The position numbers and the translations under genes are program-made. The notes beneath the pieces were generated by a model. The model was not told the origin of the DNA and did not search any database. It saw only the letters and a program-made list of their open reading frames with translations. Shown in pieces: positions 56,958-64,000 of a DNA stretch of 64,000 nt; within the stretch, counting starts at the first letter, position 1; each line of letters starts with the position of its first letter. The DNA comes from a virus. Its lineage: Duplodnaviria > Caudoviricetes. The stretch covers positions 32,001-96,000 of the IMG/VR virus record IMGVR_UViG_3300028603_000022; one strand, written 5' to 3'.

Positions 56958-57602
56958 ATGGATATTGGTTTTTATCATCCTTCTATGGGTTATTGGCAAG
57001 GTATAGACGTAAGCACAGAACCGTACACCATTATAGAAGAACCCGCTATAATGGATTTAGATGAAGAAGGCAACGAAATAGAGGTTGTTCCTGCTGTAAC
57101 TAGAGAAACTTCTCAACTAGAAGAACTTTTATCTTCGTATCCACAAGGTACGATTCAAGTTCCATTAAAACCCAGCGCCAATCATGAATGGGTTAACGGT
57201 GAATGGGTTTTACAACCTATTGATACAGAAGCAGAAAGAACAAGATTACAAGCTCTAATCGACCTAGAACGAGACCGTAGAATTGCTAATGGTTTCATGT
57301 TTAATGATAAACTTTACCAATCTAGACCAGAAGATAGGGAAAATATTACAGGAGCCTCTATCGCTGCTCTAGCCGCTATAGGTATGGGAGCTGAGGTAGG
57401 AGATCTGCGTTGGCATGGTGGAGATTCAGATTTTGAATGGATAGCCGCAGATAATAGTTTAACGGCTATGGATGCTCATACAGTATTTCTGTTTGGTCAA
57501 ACCGCCATGGCTCATAAACAAACCCTTATTTTTGCCGCTAGGTATTTAAAGGACGCCGAGGATATTCCTCTAGATTATGAAGACGATGTTTGGTGGCCTT
57601 GA
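56958..57602 (+). CDS. Tail fibre assembly protein (DUF4376-like)
   Basis: IDLERDRRI...YQSR...WIAADNS...WWP. Confidence 0.75.
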   Translation: MDIGFYHPSMGYWQGIDVSTEPYTIIEEPAIMDLDEEGNEIEVVPAVTRETSQLEELLSSYPQGTIQVPLKPSANHEWVNGEWVLQPIDTEAERTRLQALIDLERDRRIANGFMFNDKLYQSRPEDRENITGASIAALAAIGMGAEVGDLRWHGGDSDFEWIAADNSLTAMDAHTVFLFGQTAMAHKQTLIFAARYLKDAEDIPLDYEDDVWWP

Positions 57603-57619
57603 ACACTAGGAGAACACGA

Positions 57620-58873
57620 ATGTCTAAATATATTATAAGCCCAGCACATATAGATGCTATAGCTATGGGTAAGTCTAACCCAACTATTGCTAATCAATTA
57701 GCCGCTTTTCTCAATGAACATGGTGAAAAATACCGTATTACTACCTCTTTTGAAGAAGTTACGCAGTTTCTAGGTCAAACAGCTCTAGAATCTGCCGGGT
57801 TTACCACTCTAAAAGAGAACCTTAACTATTCTGCCAAGAGGCTTACAGTAGTATGGCCTAATCGTTATAAAACTATAGCGGCGGCTACTCCATATGCTAA
57901 TAACCCACAGAAACTAGCCAATCATACATACGGCAGGCGTTTAGGTAATACCGGACCCAATGATGGCTGGTTATACATTGGTAGAGGTATTAAACAAGTA
58001 ACTGGTAAATATAATTACAGTGAATTTACCGCATGGATGAGGACAATCATTCCTAATTGTCCTGATTTTGTTAAAAACCCAGAGCTGCTTGAACAAAATC
58101 CGTGGTGTTATTGGTCTGCGGTATGGTATTGGTATACCAAGAAGGTGTATCTAAAGGCTAATGATACTAGAGCGGCTACTAAAGCTATTAACGGTGGGTA
58201 CAACGGTGTAAATGATCGCGTTATCTACGTTAATCGTGCTAAGAAAGTTCTAGGAACAGCTCAACCAGCCCCCTCTACGAAGAAACCACCAGCTCAACCT
58301 GATAGTACCCTAAAAATCTATCAGGAAAAGCTTAACAAGATTTCTGAATATCGTAATAACACCGCGTTCAATGTAGGTGAAGCAGACGGATGGAACGGTC
58401 CTAAAACGATTAAGGCTGTAAAAGCTTTCCAGAAATCCACTGGTTTTCTAGTTGTCGATGGTGTTATTGGTAAGGAAACCAGAGAAGCTATTGACAACGT
58501 ATTGGATCAAATTGAAAATGTTATCAATGTTCCAGTAGAAGAAATTCTTGAACCTAAGACTCCAGAAGTAATTGAGGAAGTAATTGTTCAGGAAGTTCCC
58601 GAAGTTCTGGAAGAAATCGCTGAAACTCCAATTGCTAAAACAAAGACTCTTTGGACAGCCATTGTAGGATTTATTACTTCAGCAATGGCGTTTCTACAGT
58701 CCGGTATTGAAGCCTTCACACAACTTGATCCTATGGTTCAAATAGGTGTAATTATTCTTCTGTTCATCGTAATTGTTATGGTTATCTCCTATATAAGAGA
58801 GCATAAGAGAACTAAACAAGGTGTTGATGAACTAAAGTCTAAAGCTGAAGAACTAATCAAGCTGGTTAGATAA
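57620..58873 (+). CDS. Endolysin: GH19 catalytic domain, PG-binding domain and C-terminal membrane helices
   Basis: FLGQTALES, ENLNYS, YIGRGIKQVTGKYNY, INGGYNG; DGWNGPKT..AVKAFQ...VDGVIG; ATG 57620 with AGGAG. Confidence 0.9.
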   Translation: MSKYIISPAHIDAIAMGKSNPTIANQLAAFLNEHGEKYRITTSFEEVTQFLGQTALESAGFTTLKENLNYSAKRLTVVWPNRYKTIAAATPYANNPQKLANHTYGRRLGNTGPNDGWLYIGRGIKQVTGKYNYSEFTAWMRTIIPNCPDFVKNPELLEQNPWCYWSAVWYWYTKKVYLKANDTRAATKAINGGYNGVNDRVIYVNRAKKVLGTAQPAPSTKKPPAQPDSTLKIYQEKLNKISEYRNNTAFNVGEADGWNGPKTIKAVKAFQKSTGFLVVDGVIGKETREAIDNVLDQIENVINVPVEEILEPKTPEVIEEVIVQEVPEVLEEIAETPIAKTKTLWTAIVGFITSAMAFLQSGIEAFTQLDPMVQIGVIILLFIVIVMVISYIREHKRTKQGVDELKSKAEELIKLVR

Positions 58874-58892
58874 CAATAGAGAGGGTAGAAAG

Positions 58893-59315
58893 GTGTATAC
58901 TCATCTAATTATACTGGGTAAGGGGCTTCTTTCTACCCTTTCAACTACAATAAAAATCCCTATCATTCTTATTTTAGCCGCTATACTAGGTGGAATTTAT
59001 ATAAAAAATACAGCTGTAGGCGAAGCTATACGTCAAACAATTGTAGAAATTACCGCGAAAGCAGAGATTCAAGCTCTAGAAACCATTATTCGTAATAAAG
59101 ATAAACTTCTTGAAGAACAAGAAAAATTAATAGATGAACAACGAATAATGATGGAATTGAATGCTCGTCTGTTAAGAGATTTAGAAGAACAAGTAGAGAA
59201 AGACGAACAAGAACTTAAAGAAGCACTGGATAAACTAGATGAACTCGCTGATCTACCTCCCCCCGAAGCTTGTGTTGTTGACAACGCTATTCTTGACAGG
59301 CTGCGAAACCAATAG
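58893..59315 (+). CDS. Inner-membrane spanin (Rz-like)
   Basis: N-terminal TM helix, long coiled coil, C-terminal Cys; follows the endolysin. Confidence 0.75.
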   Translation: MYTHLIILGKGLLSTLSTTIKIPIILILAAILGGIYIKNTAVGEAIRQTIVEITAKAEIQALETIIRNKDKLLEEQEKLIDEQRIMMELNARLLRDLEEQVEKDEQELKEALDKLDELADLPPPEACVVDNAILDRLRNQ

Positions 59316-59607
59316 GGCTATAGACTCTTTAGCTGGAGCTAGAGTTGTAGAAGAAGCGGAGTCTCAGCTAGATCAACAGATAGAAATAGCGGACGAGAGA
59401 GTAAAAGAGGCTTTAAAATTACCTCCTTACCCTAGTTCTTGTACAAGAATCTCTAATTCTAATGTAAGAGTAGGTGATAGGCTAGATCATGCTGTAGATA
59501 AAGTAGATATAGCCCTGTTAGCTGCTAATAACACAATACGAAGGTGTGCTGCCTATTACAATAATCTTCGTAACGAAAGAAATAGCTTAATTGAAGGATC
59601 AAACTAA
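59239..59607 (+). CDS. Outer-membrane spanin lipoprotein (Rz1-like)
   Basis: Lipobox LFLTGC; overlaps the i-spanin 3' end; LPPYP and two further Cys. Confidence 0.75.
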   Translation: MNSLIYLPPKLVLLTTLFLTGCETNRAIDSLAGARVVEEAESQLDQQIEIADERVKEALKLPPYPSSCTRISNSNVRVGDRLDHAVDKVDIALLAANNTIRRCAAYYNNLRNERNSLIEGSN

Positions 59608-59882
59608 TGAGCTTGGAAAATCTAGTTAAGAAAGTAATGGAACCAATCGAATCTGCGGCAGTTAAAACTGCTTCAGAAACACCTATTTCCAATAATACCG
59701 CTAGATCCAAGAAACCTTGCGATCTGAATGAACAGTTTGTAGAGAAAGCTGTTCATGCTATCAAAGAATCAGCTAAGACGGATTATAAGAACCTGTCAGC
59801 ATCTTTCAAAGCGTATGTTAATTACAATAATCTTCCTGCGGATAAACGCCATCTTATCTATGTAGCTCTATTTGGTGCTTAA
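59607..59882 (+). CDS. Small hypothetical protein with IESAAVKTAS sites
   Basis: 91 aa; TAATG coupling. Confidence 0.65.
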   Translation: MSLENLVKKVMEPIESAAVKTASETPISNNTARSKKPCDLNEQFVEKAVHAIKESAKTDYKNLSASFKAYVNYNNLPADKRHLIYVALFGA

Positions 59883-59884
59883 TT

Positions 59885-60163
59885 ATGCCTAAATGTCATA
59901 GAATAGGTGATTCTAATGACGCCGGAGGACTAGTATCGGCTTCTTTACAATCTAGTGTTTATGTTAACAACATATTAGTATCTGTAGATGGAAGTCCTGT
60001 AACCCCGCATCTTCCTTTTGTTCCTCCACATGTAGGGACTATTACTGCTAATGGTTCTCCTACTGTTTTTGCGGAAAATATACCAATAAACAGGTTAGGT
60101 GACGCTGATTCTTGTGGTCATATAAGAATAGACGGTTCACCAAATGTATTTGTAGGGCCGTAA
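59885..60163 (+). CDS. PAAR-family spike tip protein
   Basis: RIGD...H...H...GSPTVF...RLGD..SCGH...GSPNVFVG. Confidence 0.9.
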   Translation: MPKCHRIGDSNDAGGLVSASLQSSVYVNNILVSVDGSPVTPHLPFVPPHVGTITANGSPTVFAENIPINRLGDADSCGHIRIDGSPNVFVGP

Positions 60164-60164
60164 T

Positions 60165-60770
60165 ATGGATGTATTTCCTTTAAGCGTAAAGAAGGCTTTT
60201 GTTAAACTTGGGGATGACCAACGCGGAACCCCTGAAAAATGTATGCTAGATGTGCAATTCATGATGGGTGGTGGGGTTTTAAATCCTGTAGTTGAGCATG
60301 TTGGTGATATTACCCATAGAATGACCCATTTGGTACAATACACCCCTACTGATAGGCTACCTACTAGTGGTGAACTTGGCTTTCATATGGTAGATGACAA
60401 AGTTCATAAAACATATAAATGGCTTAACAGTTCCTACGGTTTTGAGCGGGAATTTGAACAAAACATAATTAATAATTTTGAATACTATAAAGAAAAAGGT
60501 AAATTTAAAAATCAAACCGTTAAAGACTATAGGAATAAGATAGCTTATCTACTTAAAAAGTATGCAGAAGCGCATGAAAGGCTAGTAGTGTATAACCATG
60601 CTCAATGGAAAGCTAGACAAGCGGCTGTAGCGGTTGGGTATATGGCTTGGGATAGTGCTTCTAGTTATTTAGCTTCTTTAAAGCTTATATGTAAAGATGA
60701 AGAAACCTATATAAAAGAATGCTCTAGCTTTAGACTTAATCCTTCTGGTAATCCTATTCCGTATAAATAA
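60165..60770 (+). CDS. Hypothetical protein
   Basis: 201 aa ORF, tightly packed. Confidence 0.7.
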   Translation: MDVFPLSVKKAFVKLGDDQRGTPEKCMLDVQFMMGGGVLNPVVEHVGDITHRMTHLVQYTPTDRLPTSGELGFHMVDDKVHKTYKWLNSSYGFEREFEQNIINNFEYYKEKGKFKNQTVKDYRNKIAYLLKKYAEAHERLVVYNHAQWKARQAAVAVGYMAWDSASSYLASLKLICKDEETYIKECSSFRLNPSGNPIPYK

Positions 60771-60787
60771 TAAAAAGTGTTAACAAC

Positions 60788-61054
60788 ATGGAAGTTTTTG
60801 GCGAAATAAAAGGTAGAACACAACATAAGGAAGTTACTAAATCCCCTGTTGTGTCTACCTTAGAAAAAGTCCAGATAGAACTTTTGCATAACGATGTACC
60901 TGTTTATGTATTTTATAAATCAGGTAACACACCTTGGAAGTCTATTCTTATTAACAATGTATTTTCTAGTGAAGCTATACCGCGTTATAGCGATATTTAC
61001 CTGTCTTGCACATTAAGTTCAGAAGAAAAAGTTCAATACTCAATTAAATATTAG
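60788..61054 (+). CDS. Hypothetical protein (last + strand gene)
   Basis: 88 aa; stop overlaps the convergent gene. Confidence 0.55.
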   Translation: MEVFGEIKGRTQHKEVTKSPVVSTLEKVQIELLHNDVPVYVFYKSGNTPWKSILINNVFSSEAIPRYSDIYLSCTLSSEEKVQYSIKY

Positions 61055-61646
61055 ATATTCTATATACGCTTTCTGCGTATGATTCTATATCTCCTACCTC
61101 TAAACCGTAGTCACTAACCATACTTTCAACTAAGCATTGGTTACATAGATTACGAATATTTTCATTAGGTCTAGCTTCTATAGCCTCGTAAGGTATGTCT
61201 TTGTTGATGGGAACATAGACAGACTTTATATTTAGATCTGGAAAATCCAACTTAATTTCAGCCTCAAACATTCTAGCAGAGCATAACTGGTAATCAACCC
61301 AGGCGGTATAATCATGCCATTTCCACATTTGACTGAACGCATAAGAGTATCCTACTACGTCCAGAAGACCCCTTTCAAATATGTAATTATCACTATGTAT
61401 AGAATTGGAAATATATTCTAACTTATTTCTAATACTACGTTTGAAATAAGCAAAAACAAACTCTTGATGCTTCATACCAAGAGTTGCTAATCCTTCTATT
61501 TCTGAAAAATTAGGGTTATTTAGCATACCTCTAGGGGTTCTGGCAGATAACTGTACCACTCTAAATGGATACTTACTTCGTAAAGCCTCACAAATAGAGG
61601 ATTTACCTACACCAGAGCTTCCATTTAGAAATATAACCGTTTTCAT
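61044..61646 (-). CDS. P-loop nucleoside/nucleotide kinase-like protein
   Basis: GSSGVGKS Walker A; IFERGLLDVVGY. Confidence 0.75.
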   Translation of the reverse strand: MKTVIFLNGSSGVGKSSICEALRSKYPFRVVQLSARTPRGMLNNPNFSEIEGLATLGMKHQEFVFAYFKRSIRNKLEYISNSIHSDNYIFERGLLDVVGYSYAFSQMWKWHDYTAWVDYQLCSARMFEAEIKLDFPDLNIKSVYVPINKDIPYEAIEARPNENIRNLCNQCLVESMVSDYGLEVGDIESYAESVYRISNI

Positions 61647-61672
61647 GTTGTTTCCTTTTATACGTAAGTACC

Positions 61673-62110
61673 TTATACGTAGGACAGCACTTTATTGACT
61701 AGTGCCTTTAGTCCACTCATTGACGCTTTTTCAGCTTCTCTTTTTAGCTTTTTATAATAGAATTTCGTAGGTTTATGTAAATTGTTAGGGAAATCCTCCC
61801 AAGATACCCATCTATACTTTGAACTTTCTTTATTAATTTTTACAACGGGTTTCTTATCAAATTCTACTATGTAGAAATACAGAATACGCTTACTCTTTTC
61901 TTCTCTATGATCGAACATAAGATCGGATTCTTTGATTCTTATGCCAGATTCTTCCCAAACTTCTCTAACGGCAGAAGTTTTTATAGCTTCATTATCTTCT
62001 ACACCCCCGCCAGGGAAATTCCATAAATTAGGATTGTTAGCTTTTGGCCCTCTTTTAAGTAATAGAACTTCATCACCTACGGTAAGAATTACCCAAACAG
62101 ATTTATACAT
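61673..62110 (-). CDS. Nudix hydrolase
   Basis: PGGGVEDNEAIKTSAVREVWEESG Nudix box. Confidence 0.93.
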   Translation of the reverse strand: MYKSVWVILTVGDEVLLLKRGPKANNPNLWNFPGGGVEDNEAIKTSAVREVWEESGIRIKESDLMFDHREEKSKRILYFYIVEFDKKPVVKINKESSKYRWVSWEDFPNNLHKPTKFYYKKLKREAEKASMSGLKALVNKVLSYV

Positions 62111-62229
62111 TTGTTAAACCAATCCAATAGAACTATAAGAAGAGCTTCGAGATTACCAGAATCGTAGGCTAACATAAACACTGTTAGTATCAAGGCTATT
62201 ATAATTAATAGCACTTTTATTCCTGTCAT
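62089..62229 (-). CDS. 46-aa membrane peptide (below ORF track cutoff)
   Basis: MTGIKVLLIIIALILTVFMLAYDSGNLEALLIVLLDWFNKCINLFG; fills the gap; TAATTC upstream on the same strand. Confidence 0.5.
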   Translation of the reverse strand: MTGIKVLLIIIALILTVFMLAYDSGNLEALLIVLLDWFNKCINLFG

Positions 62230-62279
62230 GATAAACACCGTTGTGCGTTACTCTCTTATAGGAATTAAGGATATGGAAT

Positions 62280-62501
62280 TTAGATTACATCTAGATTGGA
62301 AAAATTCTGAATACGTAGTAGAGCATAATCACGTAAGGCTTCTTTATCGTGATCGAAACCAGTTAATAACCATTGTTCTTCTGGATACCAAGCTGTCGAT
62401 CCAAACCATACCTTTATAGGAGTAATTATTCTAATACCAGTTAATTCCTTATAGTTTGTATAAGTTATTTGTATTCGCTTGGATACATCTGAATGAGGCA
62501 T
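62280..62501 (-). CDS. Stand-alone WYL-domain-like protein
   Basis: ITYTNYK...RIITP...QWLLTGFDHDKEALRDYALLRI. Confidence 0.75.
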   Translation of the reverse strand: MPHSDVSKRIQITYTNYKELTGIRIITPIKVWFGSTAWYPEEQWLLTGFDHDKEALRDYALLRIQNFSNLDVI

Positions 62502-62504
62502 AAT

Positions 62505-62711
62505 TCAATCCTCTGCTTCATCTGATAGAATCTTTTCAGATAGTTTATCTACATCTTTCTTTAGTCTGTTAAATAATTTCTTTCTTACTTCTCTTTCGTC
62601 GTCTTCTTTACCTAATTCCGCTTCAATGAACATCTCTGTTCTAACAGGATTGTATTGTCTAGGATTAACTGTCCTAGCAAAAGAAACACTAACCTTTGTT
62701 ATACGCATCAA
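62505..62711 (-). CDS. Hypothetical protein
   Basis: 68 aa, coupled to the upstream gene. Confidence 0.65.
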   Translation of the reverse strand: MMRITKVSVSFARTVNPRQYNPVRTEMFIEAELGKEDDEREVRKKLFNRLKKDVDKLSEKILSDEAED

Positions 62712-62986
62712 GTTTCTCCTGTTTTAATATTGGAACCCTCGCTAATAGTATACATAGGAGGATTCCAATTGTTATTCCAATTGTATGACGAAAAAACAGG
62801 TTCAAAGTCAGGGGCGGACCCATCTACAACTTCGATATTACGCCATTCTCTATAAACCGTATAGGCGTTGGTATGAGAATCTCGCCTATCTACTTCAATA
62901 CATTCTTGAACTATTCCATTCTTCATCCTTAAATTACCAGTACGCTTCTCTGAAATCACCATGCTCGGTGAATATTCAACAATCAT
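62708..62986 (-). CDS. Hypothetical protein
   Basis: 92 aa, 4-nt overlaps on both sides. Confidence 0.65.
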   Translation of the reverse strand: MIVEYSPSMVISEKRTGNLRMKNGIVQECIEVDRRDSHTNAYTVYREWRNIEVVDGSAPDFEPVFSSYNWNNNWNPPMYTISEGSNIKTGET

Positions 62987-63525
62987 CGGTATATCCTCAC
63001 AATTTCGTCAAACCGATCAAACAAATCCGGTAGTGTACCATTGTTTTCTATAAGCATATCTGGAGTTATTTGTTCAACAGCCCTACTTGAGTGTGTACCT
63101 ATTTTAGCTTCTTTTCTTGTTAAACGCACAATTAAACTGTTTTCATACGATCTTACCACTTCTTCCTCGTAAACCAAGGATTCTATGACAATATCACAGG
63201 CTCCAGAAAACCGGCGTGAAACTCTCTCAATTTCAGACCCTAGAGTCCAGCCTAGACCCAATGTAGGCAGGTATTTACCCAGCTCTTCCATGAAATACCT
63301 AGAAGACTGGTTATAGGGTAAGTCTTCCATGGGTACATCTTTTAGGTCTCCATTTACCATTCTTTCAGCGGTTTCTTCATCAAATCCATGATATACGTAG
63401 TAGGCTTTACACATAGCTTTACCGCCATCGAAAGGATGAACTTTAACAAAGCCATGTCTTTCAACTAGATACCTAGTTACTTCACTTTTTCCTACACACC
63501 GATCACCTGTCATAGCTATAATCAT
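62983..63525 (-). CDS. Deoxynucleoside monophosphate kinase-like protein
   Basis: MIIAMTGDRCVGKS, SRYFMEELG, HSS, IENNGTLPDL (T4 gp1-like pattern). Confidence 0.75.
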   Translation of the reverse strand: MIIAMTGDRCVGKSEVTRYLVERHGFVKVHPFDGGKAMCKAYYVYHGFDEETAERMVNGDLKDVPMEDLPYNQSSRYFMEELGKYLPTLGLGWTLGSEIERVSRRFSGACDIVIESLVYEEEVVRSYENSLIVRLTRKEAKIGTHSSRAVEQITPDMLIENNGTLPDLFDRFDEIVRIYR

Positions 63526-63680
63526 GACTTGTAATCCTTCATGTTATTAGTTAGTTCTGATTTTATCATACCAGAATTAATAGAATCAGCTAACTTTCCA
63601 AGCCGTAGTGAGACCTTGTACAGAGTAAGACTTACTGTCAACATAATCAGAGCGAGAAAACCTTTTAAGGTCAAAAACAT
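63522..63680 (-). CDS. Small membrane protein
   Basis: ATG 63680 with AAGGA RBS; N-terminal hydrophobic helix; overlaps the tail of the upstream gene. Confidence 0.5.
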   Translation of the reverse strand: MFLTLKGFLALIMLTVSLTLYKVSLRLGKLADSINSGMIKSELTNNMKDYKS

Positions 63681-63999
63681 GTCTATATCCTTTGTCGTAA
63701 GCTTTTTGTAAAGAAGCAAACCCTGGCTTCAAGTTAGCTTCCAAACAATACACTCCCCTATTAGTTACAGCTATGTCCCAGCCTATTAAAGAGGTTTCCA
63801 AGTTAAGTCTATTATGTAATGTGCTAACCCATCTGTAAATTTCTTCGTCGAACCCTTCTCCTACAGGTATTTTACTACCATAAATATCATGGCCATTCAA
63901 AGATGAATAAGACTTAGAGTTTAACCCGTCATTAGTTTGAGCATGAATAAGAGACCAATCGTGTGTATCCACAGATACAAGGTAATTGCCTGGGTTAGA
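63586..63999 (-). CDS. ATP-grasp-like protein, C-terminal part (open to window edge)
   Basis: IGWDIAVTNRGVYCLEANLKPG ATP-grasp motif; frame stays open beyond 63972. Confidence 0.65.
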   Translation of the reverse strand, partial: SNPGNYLVSVDTHDWSLIHAQTNDGLNSKSYSSLNGHDIYGSKIPVGEGFDEEIYRWVSTLHNRLNLETSLIGWDIAVTNRGVYCLEANLKPGFASLQKAYDKGYRHVFDLKRFSRSDYVDSKSYSVQGLTTAWKVS

Positions 64000-64000
64000 C

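Noticed and set aside
513-63033. Numerous antisense and alternate-frame ORFs in the track (for example 513-695, 745-1023, 11422-11862, 33140-33700, 53143-53637, 54345-54806, 54364-54762)
   Set aside because: They shadow longer motif-bearing genes, lack an RBS, and are expected from codon bias or local high GC
1-64000. Genome-wide TAG recoding (genetic code 15) as the explanation for the 38160 stop
   Set aside because: Many genes end in TAG right before the next gene (for example 28734, 33254, 39593, 51105), and long genes are not fragmented
1-64000. tRNA or rRNA genes
   Set aside because: No cloverleaf or T-loop signature recognised in the few intergenic gaps; a tRNAscan run would confirm

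Overview
This window is the virion-morphogenesis (late) arm of an AT-rich, probably jumbo, contractile-tailed phage. The host is probably an alphaproteobacterium. That is inferred from a CCUCCUCCC cuckoo-type hairpin, a GC-rich fibre cassette and an endolysin with C-terminal membrane helices. The + strand (1-61054) begins with a histone H1/AT-hook-like protein, head-associated proteins, an HNH nuclease, a SNF2 ATPase, topoisomerase IB and an NAD-dependent ligase. Next come an HK97/assemblin-type prohead protease, scaffold, capsid proteins, sheath, three tube paralogues, tail chaperone, tape measure and baseplate. About 19 kb of fibre genes, the endolysin/spanins and a PAAR gene follow. The - strand (61044-64000) holds small nucleotide-metabolism genes. 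Best candidate for an undescribed system: a protease-directed head-cargo programme. A recurrent E-[T/V/S]-A motif (often followed by S or A) ends short N-terminal leaders on many head-region proteins, including topoisomerase IB and SNF2; the histone-like protein has a variant (MSEA). The same motif divides one acidic protein into repeated amphipathic peptides. Other signals the ORF track misses: a 140-codon start-less frame directly behind the amber stop of a baseplate gene, a +1/-2 chaperone frameshift, an anti-SD hairpin in a 3'UTR, a recurring intergenic TAATTC element, and a mosaic fibre/chaperone array. All protein assignments come from motif recognition by eye; no database search was run.
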